A DNA stretch of 64,000 nt from Mobula hypostoma (lineage: Eukaryota), in NCBI RefSeq assembly GCF_963921235.1, contig NC_086097.1:145018001-145082000 (forward strand). Reading direction: 5' to 3'. Below are positions 9,684 through 23,520 of this stretch, one piece after another. The stretch's first letter is position 1; each line of letters begins with the position of its first letter. The notes beneath the pieces were generated by a model. It saw only the letters and a list, made by a program, of their open reading frames with translations, did not search any database and had not been told where the DNA came from. The position numbers and the translations under genes were made by a program.

Positions 9684-11276
9684 ATTGATGAAGGTAGAAC
9701 CATGGATGAAGTGTACATGGATTTTAGCAAGGCATTTGATAAGGTTTCCTCATAGAAGATTCATCCAGAAAGTCATGAGACATTGGATCCAGGGAAACTT
9801 GACAACGTGGATTCAGAAATGGCTAGCTCACAGAAGGCTGAGAGTGATAGTAATGGAGTGTATTCTGTCTGGAGGTCAGTGACTAGTGGTGTTCCACGGG
9901 GATCTATTCTGGGACCCCTGGTCTTTTTTTTTACAAATGAGTTGGATGAGGAAGTGAAAGGGTGGATTAGTAAGTCTGCAGATGATATGAATGTTGGTGA
10001 TGGTGTGGATGGTGTAGAAGATTGTCGTAGGTTATAACAGGACATAGACAAGATGCAGAGCTGGGCTATTAAGTGGCAGATGGAATTCAATCAGAAAAAA
10101 TGTAAAGTGATACACTTTGCTTGGACAAACTTAATGGCAAAATTCCTAGCATTGTGGAGAAACAGAGGGATAGAAACATAGAAACATAGAAACCCTACAG
10201 CATAATACAGGCCCTTCAGCCCACAAAGCTGTGCTGAACATATTACCTAGGGTTACCCATAGCTCTCTATTTTTCTGAGCCCCGTGTACCTGTCCAGGAG
10301 TCTCTTAAAAGACTTTATTGTATCCGCTTCCACCACCATCGCCAGCAGCCCATTCCATGCACTCACCACTCTCTGTATAAATGACTTACCCCCGACATCT
10401 CCTCTGTACCTACTTCCAAGCACCTTAAAACTGCGCCTTCTCGTGCTAGCCATTTCAGCCGTAGGAAAAAGCCTCTGACCATCCACACGATCAATGCCTC
10501 TCATCACCTTATACACCTCTATCAGGTCATCTCTCATCCTCCATCGATCCAAGGAAATAAGGCTGAGTTCACTCAACCATGAGTAGGATGTGGATCTTGG
10601 GGTCCACATATATAGAACCCTCAAAGTTACAGCACAAATTGATAGGTTAGTTAAGCAGGTGTATGATGTGTTGTCCTTCATTAGTTGGGGGATTGAGTTC
10701 AGGAGTCATGAGGTAATGTTGCAGCTCTGTAAAACAATGGTTGGACCACACCTTGAGTATTGTGTTCAGTTCTGGTTGCCTCAGAGTAGGAAGGATGTGG
10801 AAGCTTTAGAGAGGGTGCAGAGGAAATTTACAATGATGTTGCCTAGATTAGAGAGCAAATCTTATATGGAAAGTTGAGTGAGCTAGGACTTTTCATTTTG
10901 GCACAAAAGAGGATGAAAGGTGAATTGATAGAGGTGTACAAGATGATAAACAGCAGAGATAGAGTACCTTTTTCCCAGGGTGGCAATGGTTAATACTGGA
11001 GGACATGAGTGGAGAAATGTTTAGGAGAGATGTCAGAGCTCAAATTTTTACAGAGAAAGAGGTAAGCGCCTGGAATGCATTGCCAGGGGTAGTCGTTGAG
11101 GCAGATACATTAGGGGCATTTCAGATACTCTAATGGATGAAAGAAAAATGGAGGGTTATGGGCTGAGTAGGAGGAAAAGGTTAGATTAAGCATGGAGTAG
11201 TTTTATATAGATCAGCATAACATTGTGAGTCAAAGGGCCCATATTATGCTGTATTGTTCCATGTTCTTTGTTCAAA
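9684..11276 (+). mobile_element. Degenerate CR1 RT/3' region, interrupted by an antisense CR1 3' fragment
   Basis: VTSGVPRGSILGP, SADD, HLEYCVQFW motifs with frameshifts. Confidence 0.9.
10171..10578 (-). mobile_element. CR1 3' fragment nested in a CR1
   Basis: RMRDDLIEVYKVMRGIDRVD...WNGL; (TAGAAACA)n tail at 10171-10192. Confidence 0.9.
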
Positions 11277-11431
11277 GGAGGCAGAGGGATAACCAGATAG
11301 AGATATATAAGATTATCAGAAACATAAATAGGTTAGGTAGTCTAAAAATTAATCTATTGGTAGAGGTATCAAAAATAAGAGGGCATAGGTTAAGGATGAA
11401 AGCAAAGAATTTTAAATGCATCTGAGTGAAT

Positions 11432-14293
11432 AAAGGGTGTGAAGGTAGTAAGGTAGAAGGGCTAAAGTGCGTGTACTTCAATGCAAGAAGCATCAGGAAC
11501 AAAGGTGATGAACTGAGAGCTTGGATACATACACGGAATTATGAAGTAGTGGCCATTACAGAGACTTGACTGGCACCAGGGCAGGAATGGATTCTCAATA
11601 TTCCTGGATTTCAGTGATTTAAAAGTGATAGAGAGGGGGGGGAAAGGGGAGGAAGGGTGGCAATACTGGTCAGGGATAATATTACAGCTACAGAAAGAGT
11701 GAGTAATGTAGCAGGATCCTCTTTTGAGTCAGTACGGTGGAAGTCAGGAACAGGAAGGGAGCAGTTACTCTATTGGGAGTATTCTATAGGCCCCCTGGTA
11801 GCAGCAGAGATACTGTGGAGCAGATTGGGAGGCAGATTTTGGAAAGGTACAAAAATAACAGGATTGTTATCATGGGTTACTTTAACTTCCCTGATATTGG
11901 TTGGCACCTGATTAGTTCCAGGGTTTAGACGGGGCAGAGTTGGTTAAGTATGTCCAGGACAGATTCCTTTCACAGTATGTTGACAGGCCGACCAGGGGGA
12001 ATGCCATACTAGATCTAGTACTAGGTAATGAACCGGGTCAGATCACAGATCTCTCAGTGGGTGAGCATCTGGGGGACAGTGACCACCGCACCCTGGCCTT
12101 TATCATTATCATGGAAAAGGATAGAATCAGAGAGGACAGGAAAAGTTTTAATTGGGGAAGGGCAAATTATGAGACTATAAGGCTAGAACTTGTGGGTGTG
12201 AATTGGGATGATTTTTTTGCAGGGGAATCTACTATGGACATGTGATCGAAGTTTAGGGATCTCTTGCAGGATGTTAGGGATAAATTAGTCCCGGTGAGGA
12301 AGATAAAGAATGGTAGGGTGAAGGAACCATGGGTGACAAGTGAGGTGGAAAATCTAGTCAGGTGGAAGAAGGCAGCATACATGAGGTTTAGGAAGCAAGG
12401 ATCAGATGGGTCTATTGAGGAATGTAGGGAAGCAAGAAAGGAGCTTAAGAAAGGGCTGAGAAGAGCAAGAAGGGGGCATGAGAAGGCCTTGGCGAGTAGG
12501 GTAAAGGAATACCCCAAGGCATTCTTCAATTATGTGAAGAAAAAAAGGATGACAGGAGTGAAAGTAGGACAGATTAGAGATAAAGGTGGAAAGATGTGCC
12601 TGGAGGCTGTGGAAGTGAGCGATGTCCTCAATGAATCAGTATTCACCAATGAGAGGGAACTTGATGACAGTGAGGACAGGTTGATGTTCTGGAACATGTT
12701 GATACTATGGGAGAGGAGGTGTTGGAGTTGTTAAAATACATTAGGACGGTTAGGTCCCCGGGACCTGACGGAATATTCCCCAGGCTGCTCCAGGAGGTGA
12801 AGGAAGAGATTTCTGAGCCTCTGGCTAGGATCTTTATGTCCTCGTTGTCCACGGGAATGGTACCAGAGGATTGGAGGGAGTCGAATGTTGTCCCCTTGTT
12901 CAAAAAAGGTAGTAGGGATAGTCCAGGTAATTATAGACCAGTGAGCCTTACGTCTGTGGTGGGAAAACTGTTGGAAAAGATTCTTAGAGATAGGATCTAC
13001 AGGTATTTAGAGAATTATGGTCTGATCGGGGACAATCAGCATGGCTTTGTGAAGAGCAGATCATGTCTAACAAGCCTGATAGAGTTCTTTGAGGATGTGA
13101 CCAGACATATAGATGAGGGTAGTGCAGTGGATGTGATCTATATGGATTTTAGTGAGGCATTTGACAAGGTTCCACATGGTAGGCTTATTCAGAAAGTCAG
13201 AAGGCATGGGATCCAGGGAAGTTTGGCCAGGTGGATTCAGAATTGGCTTGCCTGCAGAAGGCAGAGGGTCATAGTGGAGGGAGTACATTCAGATTGGAGG
13301 ATTGTGACTAGTGGTGTCCCACAAGGATCTGTTCTGGGACCTCTACTTTTCGTGATTTTTATTAACGTTCTGGATGTGGGGGTAGAAGGGTGGCTTGGCA
13401 AGTTTGCAGACGACACAAAGGTTGGTGGTGTTGTAGATAGTGTAGAGGATTGTCGAAGATTGCAGAGAGACATTGATAGGATGCAGAAGTGGTCTGAGAA
13501 GTGACAGATGGAGTTCAACCCAGAGACGTGTGAGGTGGTACACTTTGGAAGGACAAACTCCAAGGAAGAGTACAAAGTAAATGGCAAGACACTTTGTAGT
13601 GTGGAGAAGCAGAGGGATCTGGGGGTACATGTCCACAGATCCCTGAAAGTTACCTCACAGGTAGATAGGGTGGTTAAGAAAGCTTATGGGGTATTAGCTT
13701 TCATAAGTCGAGGAATAGAGTTTAAGAGCCACAAGGTAATGATGCAGCTCTATTAAACTCTGGTTAGGCCACATGTGGAGTACTGTGTCCAGTTCTGGCC
13801 ACCTCACTATAGGAAGGATGTGGAAACATTGGAAAGGGTACAGAGGAGATTTACCAGGATGCTGCCTGGTTTAGAGAGTATGGATTATGATCAGAGATTA
13901 AAGGAGCTAGGGCTTTACTCTTTGGAGAGAAGGAGGATGAGAGGAGACATGATAGAGGTATACAAGATATTAAGGGGAATAGATAGAGCGGATAGCCAGC
14001 GCCTCTTCCCCAGAGCACCACTGCTCAATACAAGAGGACATGGCTTTAAGGTAAGGGGTGGGAATTTCAAGGGGGATATTAGAGGAAGGTTTTTTACTCA
14101 GAGAGTGGTTGGTGCGTGGAATGCACTGCCTGAGTCAGTGGTGGAGGCAGATAAACTAGTGAAGTTTAAGAGACTACAGGACAGGTATATGGAGGAATTT
14201 AAGGTGGAGGGTTGTATGGGAGGCAGGGTTTGAGGGTCGGCACAACATTGTGGGCCAAAGGGCCTGTACTGTGCTGTACTATTCTATGTTCTA
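11432..14293 (+). mobile_element. CR1 LINE with nearly complete but disrupted ORF2 (APE endonuclease + RT) and 3' UTR
   Basis: YFNARSIRNK...ITET, YRPP, LDLVL, SDH (APE); NYRPVSLTS, PQGSVLGP, FADDTK (RT). Several stops and frameshifts; TTCTATG tail. Inserted in an older CR1 3' end (11277-11431, 14294-14480). Confidence 0.95.
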
Positions 14294-14729
14294 TAAGTTT
14301 CTTTCATACATAGAGTGGCTGTATGTGTAGGAAATATTTGAATCAGACACAATCACTACGTTTAAGATCATTTAGACAGGCACTTGAATAAGCAAGGCAC
14401 AGAAGGATATGGTGCCAATGCAGGCAAATGGAATTAAATTAGCAAAAGGGCTTGTTTCTGTGCTATAGATCTCTAAGATTCTACAAAATCTTTCAATTTT
14501 AAAAAATCAAGAATTTACTCTTTATGAAGTAATATTAAGTTGGCAAGTTAGTTTATTATTGGCACATGTACTCAGGAGCAGTGAATAACATGCCTAGCAT
14601 TCATACAGATCAATTCATTACAACAATGCATTGAGGTATTACATCAGAATATAAGAATTAGGAATGGGAGTGGGTCAAGTTTTTCACTGATCAGCAGAAT
14701 TACTTATGAAAGAATAGAGCTATATTAGT

Positions 14730-15625
14730 GTAATGGAAAATGAATGCCAGGGGTATTGTAGCAAAGGGAGATAAGCTTAGGGCATGGAACAACACATGGA
14801 ATTATGACATTGGAGCTATTGGTGAGACTAGGTTGAAGGAAGAGCAGGACCGTCTGCTCAGTATTCTGGAGTTGTGTAGTTTTAGACATGATAGAACAGA
14901 GGGATTAAAGGGGAAGTTGTGGCATTACTAGCCAAGGAAAATGTCACAGCTGGACAAGCTGGAGAGCTCATCTAGTAAAGCATCATAGTTAGAACTGTGG
15001 AATAAGAAAGGCATGACCATGTTAATGTGATTGTGTTATAGACCACCCAACAGTTTGTGGGATTTAGAGGAGCAAATGGTAGAGATCGTTGCAAGAAAAA
15101 TAACATTGTGACAGCAGGTGATTTTGACTTTTCACATATTGACTGCGACTCCCATACTGTAAAAGGACTGGATGGGGAAGGGTTTGTTACATGTGTTCAG
15201 CAAAGTTTCCTTAATCTGTACATAGAAATTCCTACTGGCAAGTGTGTGATACTAGATCTCCTATGAGACTGGGCAGGTGACAGATTTTGTAGGGGAACAC
15301 TTTGCATCAATTAATCATAATGCTGTTACTTTCAAGGTAATTATGGAAAAAGATAGGTCTGGCCCTTGGGTTGAGATTCTAAATTGTAGAAAGGCAAATT
15401 TTGATAGTATCAGAAAAGATCTGGCAAATATGGTTTGGAAAAGATTGGTTTATAGTAAAGGTATACTTGGTAAGTGGGAGGCCTTCAAAAGTGAAATTTT
15501 GCGAGTACAGAGTTTGTTTGTTTCTGCCAGAATAAAAGACATGGATAACAGGATTAGCGAACCTTAGTTTTCAAGAAACATTGAGACCTTGGTTTAGAAA
15601 AAGAAAGATGTGCATAGCAGGTATA
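14730..15625 (+). mobile_element. Degenerate CR1 endonuclease region
   Basis: MNARGIVAKGDKLRAWNNTWNYDIGAIGET, GDFDF, ILDLL. Confidence 0.85.
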
Positions 15626-18600
15626 CACTGTATCAAGTCTGCAGTACACCCAGGCGTTTCAGTTTACCACCAGGACGATCATTAGCAAGGTGCAAAATGT
15701 ACTTTATGGCTGTAACTACTGCAGGCCTCTTTAGGCATTTATGTAAATATTGATTGAGGCAATACATTTGAACAATGCACAGGGACAGAGATCAGAAGTG
15801 AGAATAACAATCTGGCCAGATTTGTCCCTACTCTAACCCAAGAGGCCAATTGCAACCTCCCTGCCTTCAGCCCACTTAATGCTTTGTTGTTTGGAGATTG
15901 AAGCTGGCAGATATCACAGGGAACTTTCCTTTGCTCAGCTGGGAAGGCCTTTCTTTCTGAAAGCACTGCTTTGCTTTCTGTCATATAATCGTGATGGGAA
16001 AGGAATTCAGGCTTAGACCACAGGGAGGCCTCATGATTCACTCTGAGGAATAGCTCTTGCATTAGGGGTCCAGTGAGTCTAAAAACTGAATACCTACTCT
16101 TTGGTAACCAATGATCTTATGAATTAAATGCACCCACTTTTCAAATGTACGTATTTGCAGGAGCTGACACCACGACTCCTAAAAGCCAACCAATAACAGA
16201 TGTGAATCATTTGTTACCTTCCACCTAGGGTATCTGGTGCACATATACAGGTCTTGACACTGACAAGCAGTACAGTCCCAAATGTGCCAGGAATGTTAGG
16301 ATTTAGTCCCATGGGCTTTAGAATGATTGATTTGTTGGGTTGTCTCTCTAATATTGAGCTTATGAGTACAAAATGCTATTTCCTGTAATAAAATAAATTG
16401 CATGTACATATATATGTTTAAATTGAAAAGCTTTCTTGGCCATAAAATTGAATCTGATGGAACAAAAGAATTTGCTATTTAATCTTCAAAACAACTGAAA
16501 AGAATGCAAAACCTAGTGATAATTCAATGGATGGAGATACCCTACTGAATCCTGCAGGACTTATGGTTTGTTAAGGAGACTAAGAGAATTTTTATATATT
16601 GTGGCGTAAAGTACAAATTTGAGAACCTCTCTGAGAATTAAAAATTCACAGCACAGAAGGTGGCAGTTCAGCTGGAGGATGCTAATCAAATCCAATTCCC
16701 CCTAATACTTATACCCTTCCGTATTAATCTTGGAGACCACTTACTGGATTAGTGGCCATATATGACTAACATCATGTAGAAAGAAATATCAATGCAAGCA
16801 AGTAGGCTGCTTAATCCTTTTAAAGTCTTAACATCAGTCTTGCGGCTTCATAGTAACATCTATTTATGCCATTTGAAAATATTCAAAGATTGACTATCCA
16901 CACCCTCTAGAGTAGAGAACTTTCTCATCAAAGCAATCTTCATGTGAAGACCCTTATTGTAACAATTAAAGAGTATAAGAAACATCATAGTATCTCAAGT
17001 GGTCACAGCACAGCGAAGTCCTATCACATCGGTACTGTCTCTCTACCAGTACAATTATTTACTGTTCCAACTACTTGTCTTTTCTCCGCATCTTTGTAAA
17101 TTTTCCTTCCTATTGACCTATGGAATACCCTCTTGAAGGTTTTCAATCATACCTGCCTCCACCACACATGCAGGAAGTGCATTCCAGGTTCCAACCACAA
17201 TTTGTTTCTGCAATTTTCTCTTCATGTCATGATTAATTCTTGTCTCTTTTATTTTATACTGTGTCCTCTAATCCTAGACTCCTCCCACTAGATACACTCA
17301 ACCTTATTTTTCTCTAATAAAAACTGTCTCAATCTCTCTAATCTATCCTTGTGACTTTAGTCCGTCACCCAAGGAAACGTCCTGGTAAGCTTTTCCTGGA
17401 CTGTCTCTGAATAGAAATAGTGGTAGGCCATTCAGCCACTGCACTTGCTCTGCCTGTGAATGGGGCACTTAACAGAGTACTATCCTCCTGCAACAACCAG
17501 ATGGCCCTTGATTCCCTTAATATCCATAGAGACTGAGCTTCGACTGTCCACACGTCTATGCATTCTACCAAACTGTACACTGTTCAGCTGAAGGAAATAG
17601 ACTCAGCGTGCACTACAATAGCCCCTCTAGAAAAATATTTGTTCCACCAGATTAGATACTCCTAATCTCCAGTGAAAACCGGTCATCCTTACTCAACCCC
17701 CTCTCAAAGGATAACCCGCTCAAAGTTATGAGTCCACCATTTCTTAACTGAAAATATCCTTCCCTAGCTACAACAAATAAAACACCACACAATATTCCAG
17801 GTATGCTAACACCAAAACCCCAGACAATTGCAAGCAGGCCGAGCTATTGTTGGACTCCATATACCTTCTTAAATGTTTGCTGTTCCTCCAAGTTAATTTC
17901 CTGTAATTTGTACTTTTAGGGGTCATGTTGCAACTGAGGAAAAACATAAAGCCAGCCAAGCAAAGCACTTGCTAAAAAATTGGCCTTGGCATTCAGGTGA
18001 TGTGGTATTTACTGTCTCTGTCTCTAGGGTTCTGAGGGCAATAAGAGTTAATCATGCCAGGCTGGAAATTTCCTTACAGTTTCTCATGATGTGTTACTCT
18101 AACATGGGCATAAGTCCCTGATGAACTACAAACTCCCATCCAAATTTACCACAACCATTTAGGCCTGCCAAAGAAATTTCATGGCATAATGTGAACCTGA
18201 GTTACTTGTAGGCCAAAACAGGATAAGATAGTTCTTCCTCAGTTATACTTCAACCTATTTTCTCTAGTAGATTTTATTGTAACGTTCTGCTGCTGATATG
18301 AATTAGCAGACCTGCAGCCGATTTATGGCAGTTCCTGAGTTGTTGGGAGGAGAGAGTGACGCTGTGGGGTGGATGGTTTAGCAGGGCATTGAGACATCAG
18401 TCAGTAAGAATAATCCGTTTTTTTAGCAAGGCCGTATTGACATTGCATGAGCACTAATGGCTAAGACATTTTCTTCAGGGAAATGGGCAGAATATGTTCC
18501 TGAGTCAGCAGGATCAAATGACATGAGTGAGAAGAGTCCAGGGAAGAATAAATAGGAAAAGGAAAATGAGTAGGGTGGAGCACACTCTCGTGGAATTTGT

Positions 18601-20429
18601 ATTGGGTTCATGGATTCAAAATAAATGGGTGGAACAGAACCACTGGAAAGATGTACTGGATTTAACCTATAATAGGAATGGACTCGATGGGCTGAATAGT
18701 CTTTGCCATGTCATGATTTCTTGCTTTCTGATTTTGTCCGTGTTCACAGTCTGACAAATGTGAGCAGTTGTCCCTTGGGCCTTCTCTGACATTGCAGCTT
18801 TGACAACTGTTTAAAGACTTGCTTGATGATGTTTTAACAGAATCTCTGGGTGGCCCGTTAGCACAAACACGAGAGCATTTGTTTCCTGACCAGACGGTCT
18901 GAGTGGAATTGTTAGACAGAACCACGTACAGTGGTGAAGCATTCCAGTGTCACATTGAATAAGGCAAGCAGGCAGGGGATATGGTTTAAGCACTGTAATC
19001 ATCTTTTACAGGGAATGGGTTCAATTTGAGGTTTTGCCAAGAGTAGCCATGTTACAGCATCAACCCTTTTCACCAAACAGCCAGTCCATCCTTTTGCACA
19101 TGTTATTTATTCAAACAAATAAATGTCATGCCCTTTGAACTCAAGCATCAATATTGAAAACTATTATGTAGTATATTCCCAGATAAAGGCAGAATTAAAC
19201 CAACTGAGCAATTAAAGCGATTCTCCCACTGGAATGGTGGAATTAATAAAACCAAGTCTGCCCCATGTACTGTGCTAAAAGGTATACACTGACCTGGCAT
19301 CAGAAACTTTGAGGTCAATGATGTACTTCAAATAAAAAACAAAGCACCGTGGATAATTTTCACGTACCAATTTCCAACTGCTTACGTGATGAATTTTGGT
19401 TAGTACAGAAAGCGGTGTTCCCTTCATCCTTTTCAAAATGCTACCAAGTGGCTTTTAAAGTCAGGTTGTAGGTATAGATTTAATGGATTATTAAAAAGAT
19501 AGCAACTTCCATGGGCAACACAGTCTCAGCGCTGTACTTATGCCCAGGAGAAAGGTTCAAGCATTTCTTGGGAGAAAAACAAAATTGAAGAGGCAGATTT
19601 TACTGGGGAATACCACTAGTTACATACAGACTACCGAGTGCTCATGCAAAGAACACTTCTGAAAATTTTGTGCCAGGATGGATAGGAGAAGCAAGTCCAT
19701 TCATTTAAATGCAAAAGAATGAATATAAAACATTAGATTTTAATTGTTTTTGCACTATCTTTTTATTTACTCTTTAATCAGAAGCATCTAGCTTGGCCAT
19801 AATGATCAAAGGCACAATACAAGGTGCACTTTGGATGCTGCTGAATATTTGAAAGCTACACAAACTTCAGGAACATTCAAATATTTTATAAACACATGAA
19901 GAACCTAAGTACTGTAAGTTTAAGAATGTTCTAAAAATCAAAACACTTCGTTAAAAGTGCTTTGATGTAGTAGGCACCCACCTGATGCAGTGATTCCCAT
20001 AATTCCCAAGGAATAAAAAGAGCGAAATCTGGAATTGAAGTGCAAGAAACCATTTTCTTCCCAAATTCCATTTAGAATCTAATCTGGAAATAAAATTCTT
20101 TTCTTGGTGAATCATTTCATATTATATAAATAAAATAAGTACTTAATTGTACTTAGTTTTCTTTCTATTAATGCAGTCTGGCCTGTTTGATGTTTTCAGC
20201 ATCTTCTGGTTTAATTTCAACCTTCTAGTATTTGAAGTTCTTCTTGATCTTCTCCTGGTATAGGAGTACAATTTACTGGTCAGGAATTGCTGGATTCTGT
20301 ACTTGCATGAGTACCTGACAAAGTTGCTATGAATTATCTGGATTGATGCCAACAAAAGCTGTCAATTTCAATGTAATTTTCCCACACGAGTTCAAGGCAA
20401 TAAGTTAATGATAACATACCCTGATAGAC

Positions 20430-20787
20430 AAGTTGCAGCTTAATTCCACTCTGGGATTTAAAGGTATAATCTAAGCCAGCAATTCAGTCTTGACCTCAGC
20501 AAGTTTTGCAATGCCAAAAGGTGTCACTTTTCAGGTAAGATCTTAAATCAATGCTTTGCCTGCCTTATCACTAAACGATAACTGTTCAGCTGTTCAAAGT
20601 TCATAGCAAATTTATTATCAAACCGCATAGTCTTTGTTACCATATAGTGCCCTGAAATTCAATTTCTTGCGGGCATTCACAGTAGATACAACAAAACACA
20701 ATAGAATCAATGAAAAACTACACACAAAAACAGACAAGCGACCAATGTGCAAAAGACAACAAATTGTGCAAATACAACAAGGAAAAC

Positions 20788-20821
<34 letters not shown>

Positions 20822-21025
20822 GAATAAATAAAATTGAGAACATGAGTTATTAGGTAAATAGAGGAGTAAGTCATTCATCCTATTGCTTGCAAGACCTTTA
20901 GTGTGTGCAATTTGACTCTAGGGTTTATTTTTAAAAAATCAAAAATAGTTTCACTTGCATTGGCTCAAAGTGCTTTGAAATATCTGGGAAGATGTACAGC
21001 CCCATATAGATGCACTTCCTTCTAT
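20430..21025 (+). mobile_element. Ancient Deu-domain SINE remnant split by a LINE 3' UTR insertion
   Basis: TTCCACTCTGGGATTTAAAGGTATAATCTAAGCC...TTTTCAGGTAAGATCTTAAATC, and a tail CATTGGCTCAAAGTGCTTTGAAATATCTG...ATATAGATGCA. Confidence 0.5.
20591..20850 (-). mobile_element. Rex1/Babar-like LINE 3' UTR with (TAA)n microsatellite
   Basis: Reverse complement matches 45290-45500; CTTTGAAC-type tail. Confidence 0.7.
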
Positions 21026-21429
21026 CTAATTTTCAGGATTAATGTAAAAATACAGAATCAAGTAAATGTTTCCAATCTTATATTGAACTAGGCATTTTAG
21101 GCAAACGCTTCATCTAATATTTCAATGAGCAGCTTACAGGAGACTTTCTAGGAGAGAAGGAAGAGAGGGGAAAGTGGGAATTCTGGGCATTCTCATTAAC
21201 AAGGAAGGAGATGTGTTTGGTTACCAGGTGGAGAGGGAGCTGAAGTGGAACCAAGTGGAAGTTTTTTTACAGACAAAACTTCTTAGGAGGTATGGTGCTA
21301 GAATTATCATATTGTCCCAAGACTGCTCAGTAATAGGTAATGCCAAGATAACATGGATTCTCCATGATTCTCTAAAGGAGCAAGGGCTATGATCTCATAT
21401 TGCCTGCTCCTCTTTCAGAACTTGCATGT

Positions 21430-21875
21430 CTCAAGATTGTTTAATGTCAAGATTGCTTAATGTAATTTCCAGTACTCCAGTAAAGGAGAATGAAATAATT
21501 GTTATTCCAGATCAGAGTCAGTACAAAATAAACACAATAAGATAAAGAACACAATAATAAAATATCAGTAAGTATCAGCGCGTAAACAGTTTATATACAT
21601 ATATTCATTGTATGTCCATAAAGTAACGCTAGCACGGGAGTGCCAGTACATAATGTTACTGGATGGAAAGGATAAAGTAGTGGTGCTTGGAGGTGTGGAG
21701 GGGTGGGTTAATAGGTGGAGGTGTTCATCAGCCTTACTGCTTGGCAAGGTAATTATTTTTCAGTCTGAAGTCTTGGAATGGATGCTATGTAGCCTCCCTC
21801 CTGATGGGAGTGGCACAAACAGTCAATGAGCAGGGTGTATGAGATCCTCTGTGTTGTTACTGGCCCTGTTCCAGT
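21430..21875 (-). mobile_element. Rex1/Babar-like LINE 3' fragment
   Basis: AGCCTCCCTCCTGATGGGAG (LPSG motif on minus) and UTR similar to other copies in the window. Confidence 0.6.
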
Positions 21876-22149
21876 GAGTGGTAGGTCCTGTGGTTGATGC
21901 CTAACATCAAGGCCTGAGGGTCCAATCAGAAGTCTGGAAGTAGAGGCCTGCTATCTGGAGCCCTGGGTCTGCAAATCAATGCAAGTCCACTAGGGTAGTC
22001 AAAGATCCAATCTCTAAGTGTCCACATCTGAATCTGAGTCTAAATCCATGTCCCCTGGAGGCTGAAGAATACAGAATGTGTTGAGCTTAGAGGACTGTCT
22101 ATGGGCATGGGAGGGTGGGAAGAATGTTGTCTAATTGCTTGTTGTGTTC

Positions 22150-23020
22150 TGTACTCTCTCCAGCAAAATCATATCCTTCCTATCACTTGCTGGCCAAACT
22201 GCACTCAATACTCCAAGTGCTGTCATAGCAGTGTTTTGTGAATTGAAAACAATGCCCTAGCTTTTATATTCTATGCTCCAAACTATGAAGACAAGCATAC
22301 CATATGCTTTCTTCACCGTTCTGATTACCTGTGTTGCTACTTTCAGAAAACTATGGCTTTGAATACCTAGGTCTTTCTGTTCATCAACATTCCTACCACT
22401 GTTTTACTCTCCAAAATGCATCACCTCACACCCAGTGGGATTAAAATCCATTTGACAATGCTCCGTTCAAATTCCAATCTGATCTACATCCTGATGTAGC
22501 TTTAAATGTTTATGTCATTGGTGATCTGATCCCCGTGGTACACCGTTGATCACAGATCTCCAATCAGAAAAATGTATTTCAATACCCTTTTCCTCCAGTC
22601 ACCAACCCAGTTCTGGACCAATTAGCCAGCTGTCATTGGATCTCATGTGTGTTATTTCCCATGTAGGACCTTATCAAATGCTCTACCAAAGTCCATGTAG
22701 ACAATAACTGTGACTTCACTTTCAATGGCCTTTATAATTACCTCCTCAGAAAACTCTATTAAATCAGTAAGGCAAGATTTACCCTTCACATATCTATGTT
22801 GATTATCCACGAACAGTCCAGCCTTTCTAAATGAACATAAATCTTATCCCTTACAAATTTTTCTATTAACTTCCCAAGCACTGACACAGACCTACCAACC
22901 TGTAGGTGGCTGGCTTATCCTCAATGTCTTTCTAAAATAAGGGAACACCACTAGCTTTTCTCCAATCTGGAATCTCACCTGAAGCTAACAAAAATGCAAA
23001 CATCTACATCAAGGTGCCAG
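22150..23020 (-). mobile_element. Old CR1 RT remnant
   Basis: GGACCTTATCAAATGC...AAGTCCATGTAGAC is the reverse of the YMDF.KAFDKVP motif. Confidence 0.75.
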
Positions 23021-23059
23021 CTGTCTCATCCCCTTGTTTCCCATAGCAGCACACCGTGC

Positions 23060-23520
23060 TTGGGTAGCATGGCCCACTGGTAGGGCTGCAACCTCACAGC
23101 ACAGAGACCTGAGTTCAACCTTGAGCTCACATGCTGTCTATGTGGAATATACACATTCTCCCGATGACAGCGTGGGTCTCCTCTGGGTGCTCTGGTTTCC
23201 TCCCACATCCCAAAGAGGCGTGAGTTGGGAGGTTAAGTGATCACTGTAAATTGCCCTTGGTGTTAAGGTCTGTGGTGGAAACTGGGTGAAGTTGATGAGA
23301 ATGTGGGGAGAATGAAAAAATGGGATTATTATAAGACTGGTGTGGGGGTCTCAATGAAGCCATGCTGAAGAGTCTCAGACCAAAACGTTGACTGTTTACT
23401 CTTTTCCATAGATGCTGCCTGACCTGCTGAGTTCCTCCAGCATTTTGTGTGTGTTGTCCGGTGTAAAATGGGTTGTTTTAAATGACTGAAGGGCCTGATT
23501 CCATATTGTATTTTTCTGTG
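23060..23520 (+). mobile_element. V-SINE (HE1-like), with a solo Penelope tail inserted at ~23360-23457
   Basis: tRNA-like head, then V-domain GCGTGGGTCTCCTCTGGGTGCTCTGGTTTCCTCCCACATCCCAAAGA, then a CR1-like tail GAAGGGCCTG. Confidence 0.8.
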
